In this document: positions 18,625 to 28,493 of the stretch, one piece after another
Numbering within the stretch: position 1 is the stretch's first letter
Layout: every line of letters starts with the position of its first letter
Origin: Nitrospirota bacterium
GTDB lineage: Bacteria; Nitrospirota; Thermodesulfovibrionia; Thermodesulfovibrionales; Dissulfurispiraceae
Length of the DNA: 64,000 nucleotides
Assembly (NCBI GenBank): GCA_963710375.1
Contig: CAVPZX010000005.1
Location: forward strand, 256,001 to 320,000
Direction of reading: 5' to 3'
Notes under the pieces: generated by a model
The model's database searches: none
What the model was told of the DNA's origin: nothing
The model's input: the letters and a program-made list of their open reading frames with translations, nothing else
Position numbers and translations under genes: made by a program

Positions 18625-20109
18625 ATTTTAGTTCTAAACCCATGAACGTTAAATTCCCGCTTACCCCAATTATGACTGACAGGCGTTTCTTATTGCTCGT
18701 TCTCTGTGCTGCGGGCTTTCTTGTGTTGTTCTGGTCCCAGACGCTTAACGTCCCTTACTGGCAAGACGATTATAACTTCCTGCTCGATGCCCGTGAGGCC
18801 CGACTGGCGCACAAACCCTGGTATTCGTCTTTCTTCCCGGAAACAAAAGTCGGGTTCTGGCGGCCCTTAGGCTTTGGGACCTACTGGCGTTTTGTCGAAA
18901 CTGTTCTGGGAGGCAACGCGCAAGCGGCTCATGTCACCAATATAGTGCTGCTTATTTTCTCTGCTGCTGCTGTCGGATGGTTTGTCAGCACCCTGCTTGA
19001 CCGGCTGTATCCCGGGAAGGACAGCGTAACTGCCGGGTTAGGAGTCGCATTTCTCTACGGCATTCACTCTTCGCATTTTCTTCCGGTAGCATGGGCTGCG
19101 GCGGCAAACGATTCCATTTGTGTGCTATTTTCAGCACTGACACTGCGATTCTGGATTGTGGTTTCAGCGTGCAAACAGCCGAAGAGATGTGCTTGCTGCG
19201 CCGCTCGTTGTCATATTTTTTGTTATGGCGCTGCTAAGCAGGGACATTGCCTTTGTTTTGCCTGCTCTTGGTCTGCTGATATCGCTCTGGCTGACATCGC
19301 AGTACAAGCCTAAGGTAACTGCATGGGTAGTGGGGCTGTTGTGTATCGTAATCGCGCTGGTCTGGCTGCAACTCCGGAATTATTTCACGTCAACTGTTTC
19401 TGAAGCCTATATCTTCCGGTTTGGAGTCAACATAATCAGGAACACCTTCTGTATGGTTCTTTTTTTCTTTAATACGCCCTTTGAAGCCCTTCGTTATTTC
19501 TTTTATGTCAAGGCATCTTTTGGTACGGCATTATGGGGATGCTCATGCTTTGTGCTGCAAGTTGGGGCATTCGGAATGATGCTGCGCGGTGCTCGTGAAC
19601 AATTGGGCAAGAAAGGTATTATCATACTTGGTGCTTTCTTTGTTATTGGTTGTGCCCCCTTTTTTTTATTGAACGTCAATTGTTATCCCTATTACATATC
19701 CATAGGATTATTTGTATATGCAATTATTGCAGGGCTGGCCGCATTACGGGGAAGATTGGTTCCGGCAGTCTTATTTTTTGCGGTACTTTCTTCAACAATT
19801 TCTACACTCGGGAACTACTTTCTCGATTCTACGTCCCACATCGGACGGGCAGTCTGGGCCGAAAGACAGCTGGTGAGACTAGAAGCTATGCGGGATGTGC
19901 AGCCCCGGCTTTTTTCAAGGCCGATTCCCGTACTTGTTGAAGATGATCACAAGTTCCAGGGTTTTACGTCTGCCGGTCTTGCTTACCGGCTGGGCTTGGA
20001 GGTCGATTCAATTAAAGTGCTCACCCAGGGCAGTCAGGAAGAAGGCAAAGGGGCCGTACTCGTGGTGCCGAAACAAGGGGATGTTTATTTCCGGAAAACA
20101 GGTGAGTAA
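18621..20109 (+). pseudogene. Polytopic membrane protein, GT-C-like, split by a frameshift near 19165-19180
   Basis: ORF 18621-19313 (YWQDDY, FWRPL, TM segments) continues seamlessly in ORF 19156-20109 (LLSRD, many TM segments). Confidence 0.65.
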
Positions 20110-20150
20110 TTGTTATCGCATGAAAAAATGGGCAGAATGAGGGGATTATT

Positions 20151-20774
20151 ATGGGAACGTTTTGGAATGTGAGCAGTATAAAAGGGACTACCATAAATTT
20201 TATCGACACTCCTGTCATTGGAACAGCTTCATTTCTGATTCCTCTATATATCTTCCTGTTTGCTATCGCAGCAGTTATGTTCTTGATGATGAGTCGGAAC
20301 CACCTGCAAGTTAAAAGGCATGCAGTTGTGAGAGCTTTGCTTTTGGCCTTTGTCACAGCAGCCGTGTTGTTTGCGGCAAGAATGGATTATGGGTGGTATA
20401 AGATGTGGCAGCTTGACAGTAAGAATCCGCAGGGAAGCCTTGATGAAAGTATTGCTATGGATCTGCGGACAGTAAACTCATTTGTAGAGGCATTCAAGAA
20501 AGCAGTGCCTTTGTCCGAAAAAGTCGCAATTATTACAGACGATTCTTACGACAGGATGGTGCTGAAATACTACCTGCTGCCGATAAGAATTTCGGAGGAT
20601 GCAAATGATATTATTGTTTTCAGCAACAGGCATGTGGTTTTTGATACAGGACGTAATGCGCTTCTCGAAGATGGAAATGTCGTAGAGAATAACGTCAGCC
20701 TTGTTGCATCTTATGAAGGAAAGTTTTTTATATTCAGGAAAAAGGACAAGGACAAAAACAGGACTGAGGACTGA
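20151..20774 (+). CDS. Hypothetical membrane protein
   Basis: 207 aa with two hydrophobic segments and a YYLLP motif; C-terminus KDKDKNRTED is repeat-derived. Confidence 0.65.
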   Translation: MGTFWNVSSIKGTTINFIDTPVIGTASFLIPLYIFLFAIAAVMFLMMSRNHLQVKRHAVVRALLLAFVTAAVLFAARMDYGWYKMWQLDSKNPQGSLDESIAMDLRTVNSFVEAFKKAVPLSEKVAIITDDSYDRMVLKYYLLPIRISEDANDIIVFSNRHVVFDTGRNALLEDGNVVENNVSLVASYEGKFFIFRKKDKDKNRTED

Positions 20775-20818
20775 GTGGGAAGGACTGAGGAATAAAAACG
20801 AGGACTGAGGACTGAGTG
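20743..20818 (+). repeat. GGACTGA-family array at a gene junction with no four-helix gene
   Basis: Five GGACTGAG copies; they give the TGA stop at 20772-20774 and the GTG start at 20816. Confidence 0.9.
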
Positions 20819-22222
20819 AAAATCCTGATGCTTATTTATGCTTTTTTCTTGCCGACCGCGACGGGCTTCCTGTTTGTCAGCTATTTTTCCCGTTGCGATA
20901 ATAAAGAAAGTTTTTTTGAAAGACTATTTTTGGGGTTCGGTCTGGGTATGGGTATGCTCACTTTTGAGATGTTCATTACCGCCCTCTTGAAAATTAATTT
21001 TTCTCTGTTCGTCATATCACTAATGCAAATATTGACTGCGGCTTTATTTGCATGGCTGCTCTTCAGGTCCAAATATTCCCTGAAGGAAGTTCTCAATGTG
21101 TCGCCATTCCGCGATAAAATAACGTCAATTTTTAAAGTGTCCGGAGTGCAGTCTTTTTTCGTTTTGTTAGTAACGATCTGGATTATGCTCAAGTTCTTCT
21201 TTGTTCTTTATGAGAGCGCGACCTGGCCGGCATTCGGATGGGACAGCCTGGAAAATTGGAGTTCAGGGGCCAAATATTTCTATTACGTGAAAGGCTTGAT
21301 GCTCGATCATGGAAGCGAGCACTTTTTCGGCAAAGGATACAGGACCTTTTTGAATTATCCCCTGCATATACCATTAATGCAGGTTTGGGTTTCAGTATGT
21401 CTTGGAAACATCAATGAAGCATATATGAAATACTGGAACGTGGTTTATTTCATCAGCGTTGTCGCTTTGGTTTATTTTGCAGTGAGAAGAGAAGCTTCTC
21501 AGGTTATCGCCATCCTGGCAGCTTTTTTCCTTTCCTCAGTGCCGCTGCTTACATACCATGCAATCGATGCGTATGCGGATTTGCCTCTGAGTTATTACGC
21601 GCTCGCCACCGCCATTTGCTTTCGGAGATACATGGAAAAGTCTGAGAAACAAAGAGATGAAAATTATGGATTCCTGGTCCTCATTGGGGTATTTTCAGCT
21701 TTATGCATGTGGACGAAATTAGAAGGCATTCTGTTCGCTCTCGCTTTCAGTGCGACCCTGTTACTGTATCTTCTGCTGAAAAGGAGTTCATACAGGAATT
21801 TTATAAAAAGCCTTTTTTTCTATTCTTTACCGATTGGCATAATAGGAATATCGTGGTTCACTTTTTTGACTTTAAACGGTGTAAAAGGCCGCAGTATACT
21901 CGCCTTTGGTCTTCATTTTGAGGTTATTCCTGTGATCCTGAAACAGATATTTTTCTCGGCAAATTTTAATATTATTTTCCTGTTTTCCCCGCTAATTATT
22001 CTATTGGGCATCAGAACAATTTTGCATTCTGACTTAAAATATCTGCTTGCCCACCTATTAATGGTGATGTTGATGTTCCTTTTCATTTATATCGCAACGA
22101 ATAATTATATATTTGCAATGAATTTGACAGCGGTAAATCGCAGCGTACTGACTTTTATCCCCGCGATGTATTATATTAGCGCCCTGATAGCAGCACATAT
22201 GCTGGGAAAAGAAAAGGACTGA
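20816..22222 (+). CDS. Polytopic membrane protein, ArnT/PMT (GT-C) glycosyltransferase-like
   Basis: About 12 TM segments, WD...W loop, NYPLHIP, YADLPL, WTKLEG. Confidence 0.7.
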   Translation: MKILMLIYAFFLPTATGFLFVSYFSRCDNKESFFERLFLGFGLGMGMLTFEMFITALLKINFSLFVISLMQILTAALFAWLLFRSKYSLKEVLNVSPFRDKITSIFKVSGVQSFFVLLVTIWIMLKFFFVLYESATWPAFGWDSLENWSSGAKYFYYVKGLMLDHGSEHFFGKGYRTFLNYPLHIPLMQVWVSVCLGNINEAYMKYWNVVYFISVVALVYFAVRREASQVIAILAAFFLSSVPLLTYHAIDAYADLPLSYYALATAICFRRYMEKSEKQRDENYGFLVLIGVFSALCMWTKLEGILFALAFSATLLLYLLLKRSSYRNFIKSLFFYSLPIGIIGISWFTFLTLNGVKGRSILAFGLHFEVIPVILKQIFFSANFNIIFLFSPLIILLGIRTILHSDLKYLLAHLLMVMLMFLFIYIATNNYIFAMNLTAVNRSVLTFIPAMYYISALIAAHMLGKEKD

Positions 22223-22490
22223 GAAGGAAAGGCAAGGACTGAGCAAGAGACAAAGGGACTGAGGACTGAGAAGGAAAGGCAAGGACTGAGGACTGAGCAA
22301 AAAAGACAAGGACTGAGGACTGAGTGAGTAAAATTGAAAGGTTTGAAGATTTGATTGCGTGGCAAAAATCAAGACTTTTGGTAAACCTATGAGGACTGAG
22401 AGGAAAGAAGACGTCAAAATGACTCAGTCCTCAGCACTCGGCCCTCAGTCCTTGTCTCTCAGTCCTCAATCCTCGGCCCTCAGCCCTTGT
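22214..22490. repeat. GGACTGA arm (22214-22325, 22392-22400) and TCAGTCC inverted arm (22422-22490)
   Basis: Read directly; the inverted arm is translated as the N-terminus of the downstream GT2. Confidence 0.9.
22324..22392 (+). pseudogene. 5' remnant of a four helix bundle gene paralogous to 13633-14040
   Basis: GTGAGTAAAATTGAAAGGTTTGAAGATTTGATTGCGTGGCAAAAATCAAGACTTTTGGTAAA ([20 protein letters not shown]) versus [20 protein letters not shown]. Confidence 0.88.
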
Positions 22491-23204
22491 TTTAAGAAGT
22501 TGTCCATTGTAATGCCTGTTTATAATGAAGGCACCTACGTCCATCAAATACTGAATAAGATTAAGCAGGTTACACTTGACAATGAGATCGAAAAAGAAAT
22601 CATTATCGTCAATGACGCCTCAACTGACGACACTGCGGACGCAATTAAGGCATATATCAATAACAACCCCGAACTCAATATCCGGTATTTTAAACATGAA
22701 ACGAACCAGGGAAAAGGCGCGGCATTGCATACCGGGATAAAGGAAGCAACCGGTGATTTTTTGATAATACAGGATGCTGATCTGGAATACGATCCTTTTG
22801 AGTACAATAAGCTGTTGGAGCCTGTTTTAAAAGGTCATGCCGATGTAGTATATGGCTCACGTTTTATCGGCGGACACCCTCACAGAATTCTTTTTTTCTG
22901 GCATACGGTGGGTAACAGATTTCTTACATTTCTTTCGAATGCGTTTAATAATCTTAACCTTACCGATATGGAAACCTGCTATAAGCTCTTTAAGACCGAC
23001 ATTATCAAAAAGATCGAGTTAAAGGAAAAGCGCTTTGGTTTTGAGCCGGAAGTTACGGCTAAGATAGCGAAGATACCGGGCATCAGAATTTACGAGGTTG
23101 GAATATCTTATTACGGAAGGACTTATGCTGAAGGCAAAAAGATCAACTGGAAAGACGGGCTGAAAGCGCTTCATTGCATTTTTAAATATGGTTTGTGGCC
23201 ATAA
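22419..23204 (+). CDS. Glycosyltransferase family 2, DPM1-like (polyprenol-phosphate sugar synthase)
   Basis: [58 protein letters not shown]. Confidence 0.92.
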   Translation: MTQSSALGPQSLSLSPQSSALSPCFKKLSIVMPVYNEGTYVHQILNKIKQVTLDNEIEKEIIIVNDASTDDTADAIKAYINNNPELNIRYFKHETNQGKGAALHTGIKEATGDFLIIQDADLEYDPFEYNKLLEPVLKGHADVVYGSRFIGGHPHRILFFWHTVGNRFLTFLSNAFNNLNLTDMETCYKLFKTDIIKKIELKEKRFGFEPEVTAKIAKIPGIRIYEVGISYYGRTYAEGKKINWKDGLKALHCIFKYGLWP

Positions 23205-23392
23205 AATGCACGGAACGGGCTTAGTGCTTCAATTCATAAATACGGTTGCACATTTTGAACAAATTCAGGTTTAATAAAAATAAAGGATTTATTGATTAGT
23301 CCCTCGCAATGTCCGCAAAGAAACACTCAGAGACAGTTAAAATACATTTGCCGCTGCAGATTGCATGCGCATGGTAATAAGAGGAGGTTTTA

Positions 23393-24925
23393 ATGGTTAT
23401 GGGCAACTCAATATTTAATAAGTTATTTGTTTTTGAAATGGCCAACAATCACATGGGCGATGTTGAGCATGGTGTAAGAATAATAAGGATGTTTCGTGAA
23501 GCATGCAAAGATTTTGATTTTAGATTTGCTTTCAAATTCCAATATAGAAATCTCGATACATTTATTCATCCGGACTTCAGGAACAGGTCTGATATCAAGT
23601 ATGTAAAGCGCTTCATGGAGACCAATATAACCAATGATCAAAAGAAATATCTGAAGGAGGAGGCTAAAAAGGCAGGCTTTCTTGCTATATGTACGCCATT
23701 TGACGAAAAATCGGTCGACCTGATCGAAGAGCACGGCTATGATGTGGTTAAGATAGCAAGCTGCTCTTTTACCGACTGGCCATTGCTTGAGAGGATAGCG
23801 CGAACGGATAAGCCCATTATCGCTTCGACCGCAGGGGCTTCACTGGACGATATCGACAAGGTGGTATCTTACTTTGAGCATAGAGAAAAAAAGTTATGTC
23901 TGATGCATTGTGTGGGCGAGTATCCGACAAAAAAAGAAAACTTGCAGTTAAACCAAATCGATTTGTTGAGGATGAGATATAGCGAAATCCCTATAGGATA
24001 TTCAACGCATGAGTCGCCGGACAACACTGACGCTATCGGAATTGCTGTCGGCAAGGGTGCGAAGGTATTTGAGAGGCACGTGGGCGTTAAAACTGAAAAA
24101 TACGACTTAAATGCATACTCTTCCTCACCGGACCAAATTTCCGCATGGCTTAAATCTGCTGAAGACGCCTTCAAGATGTGCGGGATTCATGGAGAAAGAT
24201 TCGGGGGAACGGACAAGGAAAGATCGGATTTGAGAGGCCTGCAGAGGGGCGTTTTCGCCAAATCTCCCGTCAAGAAGGGGGAAAAAGTCGGTTTTGGAAA
24301 TACATTTTATGCGATACCCAATATTGAGAAGCAGATTGTCGCAAATGAAATGTCAAAATATATAGAATATACCGCCAACAGGGATATTGATACCAATGAG
24401 CCGGTTTTAGAGGCGGATGTGACAACAACAAACTTGAGAGACAAAGTATTAAAAATTGTAAACCAGGTCAAGAATATCCTGGTTGAGAGCAGGGTGGCCT
24501 TGCCGAATAAAATGGAGATGGAAATATCGCACCATTACGGGCTCGACAAGTTTGAAGAGTGGGGGGCGACTATCATTAATTGCATTAACAGGGAGTACTG
24601 CAAGAAGCTGATAATACTGCTCCCGGGACAAAACCATCCCGTACATTATCACAGTAAGAAAGAAGAGACATTTCATGTTTTATTCGGAGATGTGGGCGTC
24701 CATCTTGACGGGGAAGACAAAAAGTGCAAGGCCGGGGATATGGTAATAGTTGAGAGAGGCAAAAAGCACAGTTTCAGCTCGCAGAAAGGCGGCATCTTTG
24801 AGGAAATATCGACCACGCATTACAAAGATGATTCTTTCTACGATGACACTAATGTTATAAATAACAAGAACAGGAAGACGGCCCTGACATTCTGGGCAGA
24901 CTGGCTTCTGAAACCCATAGCGTAA
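23393..24925 (+). CDS. NeuB-family (ulosonic acid) synthase with SAF and C-terminal cupin domains
   Basis: FEMANNHMG, KFQYR, CTPFDEKSVD, KIASCS, MHCVGEYPT, GYSTHE, FERHVG; cupin HPVHYHSKKEETF...HSF; GAGGAGG RBS. Confidence 0.9.
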   Translation: MVMGNSIFNKLFVFEMANNHMGDVEHGVRIIRMFREACKDFDFRFAFKFQYRNLDTFIHPDFRNRSDIKYVKRFMETNITNDQKKYLKEEAKKAGFLAICTPFDEKSVDLIEEHGYDVVKIASCSFTDWPLLERIARTDKPIIASTAGASLDDIDKVVSYFEHREKKLCLMHCVGEYPTKKENLQLNQIDLLRMRYSEIPIGYSTHESPDNTDAIGIAVGKGAKVFERHVGVKTEKYDLNAYSSSPDQISAWLKSAEDAFKMCGIHGERFGGTDKERSDLRGLQRGVFAKSPVKKGEKVGFGNTFYAIPNIEKQIVANEMSKYIEYTANRDIDTNEPVLEADVTTTNLRDKVLKIVNQVKNILVESRVALPNKMEMEISHHYGLDKFEEWGATIINCINREYCKKLIILLPGQNHPVHYHSKKEETFHVLFGDVGVHLDGEDKKCKAGDMVIVERGKKHSFSSQKGGIFEEISTTHYKDDSFYDDTNVINNKNRKTALTFWADWLLKPIA

Positions 24926-24929
24926 GAAC

Positions 24930-25023
24930 ATATAGGCGCAAAGAGCATAGCGCATAGGGCAAAGGGCGAAACAAAGAAAAAAAGACCGCAAAGAGCATAG
25001 CGCATAGGGCAAAGGCAAAGAGG
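24930..25023 (+). repeat. GCAAAGR/GCATAGS 7-mer array upstream of four-helix-bundle gene 2
   Basis: GCAAAGAGCATAGCGCATAGGGCAAAGG occurs twice (24938, 24988). Confidence 0.9.
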
Positions 25024-25401
25024 GTGAAATTCAGGTTTCAGGATTTAGAGATATGGCGAATGGCAATAGAGATTGCTAATGAGCTTTTTGATATTGCTGA
25101 CAAACTTGAGGCAAAACGGTTATATCGTTTTGCTGAACAATTGCGCGGTGCAGGGATGAGTATGTCTAACAATATTGCTGAAGGTTCAGGGAGCGGCTCA
25201 AAGACTGAATTTAGGAATTTCTTGAATATAGCAAAGCGCAGCACTTTTGAAAATGTAAATATTATGATTCTCCTGAACATGAGGAGGCTGATAGATGATA
25301 ATATGCTGGAGAAGATGCTTGAACGACTTGATATGCTTTGTCGTAAGATAACAAACTTTCAGAAAACATTGATCGCAAAGAGCAAAGGGCAAAGTGCATA
25401 G
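25024..25401 (+). CDS. Four helix bundle protein (TIGR02436-like) #2
   Basis: FRFQDLEIW, EQLRGAGMSMSNNIAEGSG, EFRNFLNIAKRSTFEN; C-terminus and TAG stop come from the repeat. Confidence 0.92.
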   Translation: MKFRFQDLEIWRMAIEIANELFDIADKLEAKRLYRFAEQLRGAGMSMSNNIAEGSGSGSKTEFRNFLNIAKRSTFENVNIMILLNMRRLIDDNMLEKMLERLDMLCRKITNFQKTLIAKSKGQSA

Positions 25402-25475
25402 AACGAAAAACAACAAACAGAGGACAAAAAAATGCAGCCATCTGTCTTGTTTGCATTTGACGCCTTCGGCTGTTA

Positions 25476-25550
25476 CCCTATGCTCCTTGCTCTTTGCCCT
25501 ATGCGCTTTGTCTTTTGCGCTTTGCCCTATGCCCTATGCCCTTTGCGCTT
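25476..25550 (-). repeat. Inverted arm (CCCTATG/CTTTGC 7-mers)
   Basis: CCCTATGCTCCTTGCTCTTTGCCCTATGCGCTTTG...GCCCTATGCCCTATGCCCTTTGCGC is complementary to the 24930-25023 array. Confidence 0.9.
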
Positions 25551-26222
25551 AAGACTATTGCGTGGGATGTGGATGATGTTTTGAATGATTTGATGCAGTC
25601 GTGGTTTGAGCTGAAATGGCTGAAAGACCATCCTGAATGCAAAATCAAATACGAAGAACTTGCAGAAAATCCGCCCCACAGGATATTAGGGGTTGATGTC
25701 CATTCATATCTCGAATCCCTCGATGAGTTCAGATTGTCGCCTTTGTATCTGGAAATGAGACCTGTAGAAGAAGTGATGGAGTGGTTTAATAAAAATGGGA
25801 ATAGTTTTCGCCATGTGGCGTTGACTGCTGTTCCGCTCATTGCGGCTCCAGTATCTGCGCACTGGGTATTTAAGCACTTTGGGCCATGGATAAGGACATT
25901 TCATTTCATACCTTCCAGGAGGAAGGGGCAATGCATTCAGGAATACGATAGTGATAAGGGAGCATTCTTGAAATGGATAGAAAAGGCCGATGTTTTCCTG
26001 GATGACAATCCTGCAAATATACAGGCTGCAGAAAGCTCCGGCGTTATGGGCATTATAATACCTCGCCCCTGGAATAAGGCAACGGCGCAGAGAGCAAAGA
26101 GCATAGGGCAAAGAGCAGAGAGCAAAGGGCAGAGAGCAGAGGGCAAAGGGCAAAGGGCAGGGGGCAAAGGGCAAAGGGCAAAGTCAATTACCGAAGCTCT
26201 AAAAAATTTAAATGGTTTATAG
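25536..26222 (+). CDS. HAD-like 5'(3')-nucleotidase/phosphatase with an in-frame repeat insertion
   Basis: IAWDVDDVL, LTA, FLDDNPANI, PRPWN; the start ATG lies in a repeat (exact start uncertain). Confidence 0.75.
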   Translation: MPFALKTIAWDVDDVLNDLMQSWFELKWLKDHPECKIKYEELAENPPHRILGVDVHSYLESLDEFRLSPLYLEMRPVEEVMEWFNKNGNSFRHVALTAVPLIAAPVSAHWVFKHFGPWIRTFHFIPSRRKGQCIQEYDSDKGAFLKWIEKADVFLDDNPANIQAAESSGVMGIIIPRPWNKATAQRAKSIGQRAESKGQRAEGKGQRAGGKGQRAKSITEALKNLNGL

Positions 26223-26290
26223 GTCGGATTTATCTATTTTTTTGCCTTATGCCTTTAACACTATGCTCTATGCTCTTTGCGCTTTGCTCA
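26087..26290. repeat. GCAAAGG array (26087-26183, in frame inside the CDS) and inverted arm (26243-26290)
   Basis: About 14 7-mer units encode QRAKSIGQRAESKGQRAEGKGQRAGGKGQRAK; CTATGCTCTATGCTCTTTGCGCTTTGC follows the stop. Confidence 0.9.
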
Positions 26291-26306
26291 TTAAGGAGGT
26301 GTTGAG

Positions 26307-28133
26307 GTGATCAAATTATCTGATTACGTAATTAAATTCGTTTCTGATATCGGCGTAAAGCATATTTTTATGCTGCCGGGCGGCGGTTGTATGCATCTTG
26401 TGGACTCAGTGGGCAAAAACAAAAAAATCGAATTTGTGGGATGCCTGCATGAACAAGCGGCAGTGATTGCCGCAGACGGGTATGCACAATACAACGGTAA
26501 TGCCGGAGTTGCACTCGTAACCACAGGGCCGGGAAGCACCAATGCAATAACAGGTGTTGCCGGGGCGTGGATCGATTCAACGCCGGTCATGATTTTATCA
26601 GGCCAGGCCAAGCGGAAAGACCTTCTTGCCGGAAAAGGCGTTCGCCAGATGGGCGTTCAGGAAGTGGATATCGTCTCTCTGGTTAAACCAATAACAAAGT
26701 ATGCCGTCACTGTGCTTGAGCCTGAAAGCATTCGATATCATCTCGAAAAAGCTTATCATACGGCCTGTCATGGCCGCCCTGGTCCTGTGTGGCTGGATAT
26801 CCCCCTTGACGTACAGGGGTCCGTAATCGATGAAACAAAGCTGCGCGGGTTTAATCCTTCAGATGATGAATTCGCCCTATGCCCTATGCCCCATGCCCTT
26901 TGCCCTTCTACATTGCCGGAGTTGGTCGATAAGGTTGTTTCCATGCTGAACAATGCTGAACGTCCGGTGATTCTGGCCGGCCGGGGCATACGCCTTTCAA
27001 AGGCAATGGCGGAGTTCTGCAGTGTGATAGAATCGTTGAAGATCCCTGTTTTGACGACCTGGAGACTGGCGGATTCATTGCCTGAAGACAGTGAAGTTTT
27101 CTTTGGCAGGCCCGGCTCCATCACTTCCAGGGGGGCTAATTTTGTTCAACAGAATGCCGATTTTATTCTGGTTATCGGGGCACGACTCGATCTGCCGCAG
27201 GTCGGACACAGTTACGCGAATTTTGCGCGCGCCGCCAGGAAGGTTGTAGTTGATATTGATGGAAATGAAATTAAAAAGATTGACACTAAAATCGATCTGC
27301 CAATAGTAAGCGGCGCAGGAGAGTTCCTTAAAGAGCTTATCAATAAATTAAATAAGGTAAAACTCAGGGACATATCAGCTTGGACATCAAGATGCAAAGC
27401 GTGGAAGGAAAAATATCCGGTTATACTGCCGGAATACCTTGAACCTGCGGGCTATGTCAATACTTATGCCCTGATAGACGTGCTTTCAGAAGTTTTGACC
27501 AGTGATGACATTATCGTTCCGGGAAGCTCGGGCAGTTGCGCTGAAATTACTCCTCAAGCCTTCAGGGTCAAAAAGGGACAGAGAATTATAAATTCACCTG
27601 GGTTGGGGTCAATGGGATATGGCCTTCCGCAGAGTATCGGGGTCTGTCTGTCCGGGGGCAGTAAGAGGACTGTATGTATCATAGGCGATGGTGGACTTCA
27701 GCATAACATTCAGGAACTCGAAACCTTAAAAAGACTCAATATCCCCGTTAAGCTTTTCGTCCTCAACAACAACGGTTATGCAGCTATCAGGGGCACACAC
27801 AAGCGCTTTTTTGAGGGGCGACTGGTCTGCTGTGATCCATCGAGCGGACTCACACTGCCTGATGCATGCAAGATCGCCTCTGCATATGGCCTGAAAACGG
27901 TCAGGATATCTGATCAGAGGAACTTAAGAGAAGAAGTCGTTAATGTCCTTAACATGGAAGGCCCGGTTGTATGCGATGTGATGGTTGATCCTGACTTGCA
28001 GATGGCCCCAAAGCTTTCATCAATGGCAAGACCGGACGGGTCGATGGTTTCCAAGCCGCTTGAAGACCTCTGGCCTTTTCTAGACAGGGAAGAATTCAGG
28101 GCGAACATGATAATTCCTCCACTGGAGGATTAA
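26307..28133 (+). CDS. Thiamine diphosphate-dependent enzyme (acetolactate synthase/YerE-like)
   Basis: LHEQAAVIAADGYA, VTTGPGSTNA, GRPGPVWLDIPLD, GSMGYGLP, GDGG...NNNGY ThDP motif; AAGGAGG RBS. Confidence 0.92.
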   Translation: MIKLSDYVIKFVSDIGVKHIFMLPGGGCMHLVDSVGKNKKIEFVGCLHEQAAVIAADGYAQYNGNAGVALVTTGPGSTNAITGVAGAWIDSTPVMILSGQAKRKDLLAGKGVRQMGVQEVDIVSLVKPITKYAVTVLEPESIRYHLEKAYHTACHGRPGPVWLDIPLDVQGSVIDETKLRGFNPSDDEFALCPMPHALCPSTLPELVDKVVSMLNNAERPVILAGRGIRLSKAMAEFCSVIESLKIPVLTTWRLADSLPEDSEVFFGRPGSITSRGANFVQQNADFILVIGARLDLPQVGHSYANFARAARKVVVDIDGNEIKKIDTKIDLPIVSGAGEFLKELINKLNKVKLRDISAWTSRCKAWKEKYPVILPEYLEPAGYVNTYALIDVLSEVLTSDDIIVPGSSGSCAEITPQAFRVKKGQRIINSPGLGSMGYGLPQSIGVCLSGGSKRTVCIIGDGGLQHNIQELETLKRLNIPVKLFVLNNNGYAAIRGTHKRFFEGRLVCCDPSSGLTLPDACKIASAYGLKTVRISDQRNLREEVVNVLNMEGPVVCDVMVDPDLQMAPKLSSMARPDGSMVSKPLEDLWPFLDREEFRANMIIPPLED

Positions 28134-28150
28134 AGTGCCTCAGTTCATAA

Positions 28151-28188
28151 TTGACAGCGAGTGACATTTGTGTACATAATAAAGTCAC
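28151..28188 (+). promoter_or_regulatory. Putative sigma70 promoter and operator of the TA module
   Basis: TTGACA 28151-28156, CATAAT 28175-28180; inverted GTGAC (28161) / GTCAC (28184). Confidence 0.55.
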
Positions 28189-28205
28189 AGATGGAGGATA
28201 AAGCT

Positions 28206-28493
28206 ATGAAATTTTTAAGTGTTCGGGATTTGAGAAGCAAGTCGGCGCAAGTCTGGAAAGAACTTCCCGGAGAAAGAGAGATGGTTGTCACCAGCAACGG
28301 ACGTCCTGTAGCCATCCTTGCAGCAATAACGGAGGAAAATCTTGAAGAATCCCTTGTGGCATTCCGTCAGGCGCGCGCGGTTGAAGCAGTAGCTTTTCTT
28401 CAACGCCGTTCCGTCGAACAGAGGACAGACGGAATTTCAATGAAAGAGATCAATGCAGAGATAAAAGCCGTCCGTAAAAAACGCACACGATGA
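28206..28493 (+). CDS. Phd/YefM family antitoxin
   Basis: MKFLSVRDLR...MVVTSNGRPVAIL; GGAGGA RBS. Confidence 0.88.
   Translation: MKFLSVRDLRSKSAQVWKELPGEREMVVTSNGRPVAILAAITEENLEESLVAFRQARAVEAVAFLQRRSVEQRTDGISMKEINAEIKAVRKKRTR

Noticed and set aside
24680..26174. Minus-strand ORFs rich in ALC/PMP
   Set aside because: They are repeat-derived shadows that overlap well-supported + strand genes.
26307..28133. Housekeeping ilvB
   Set aside because: No ilvN/ilvC neighbours; the context suggests a sugar-branching ThDP enzyme.
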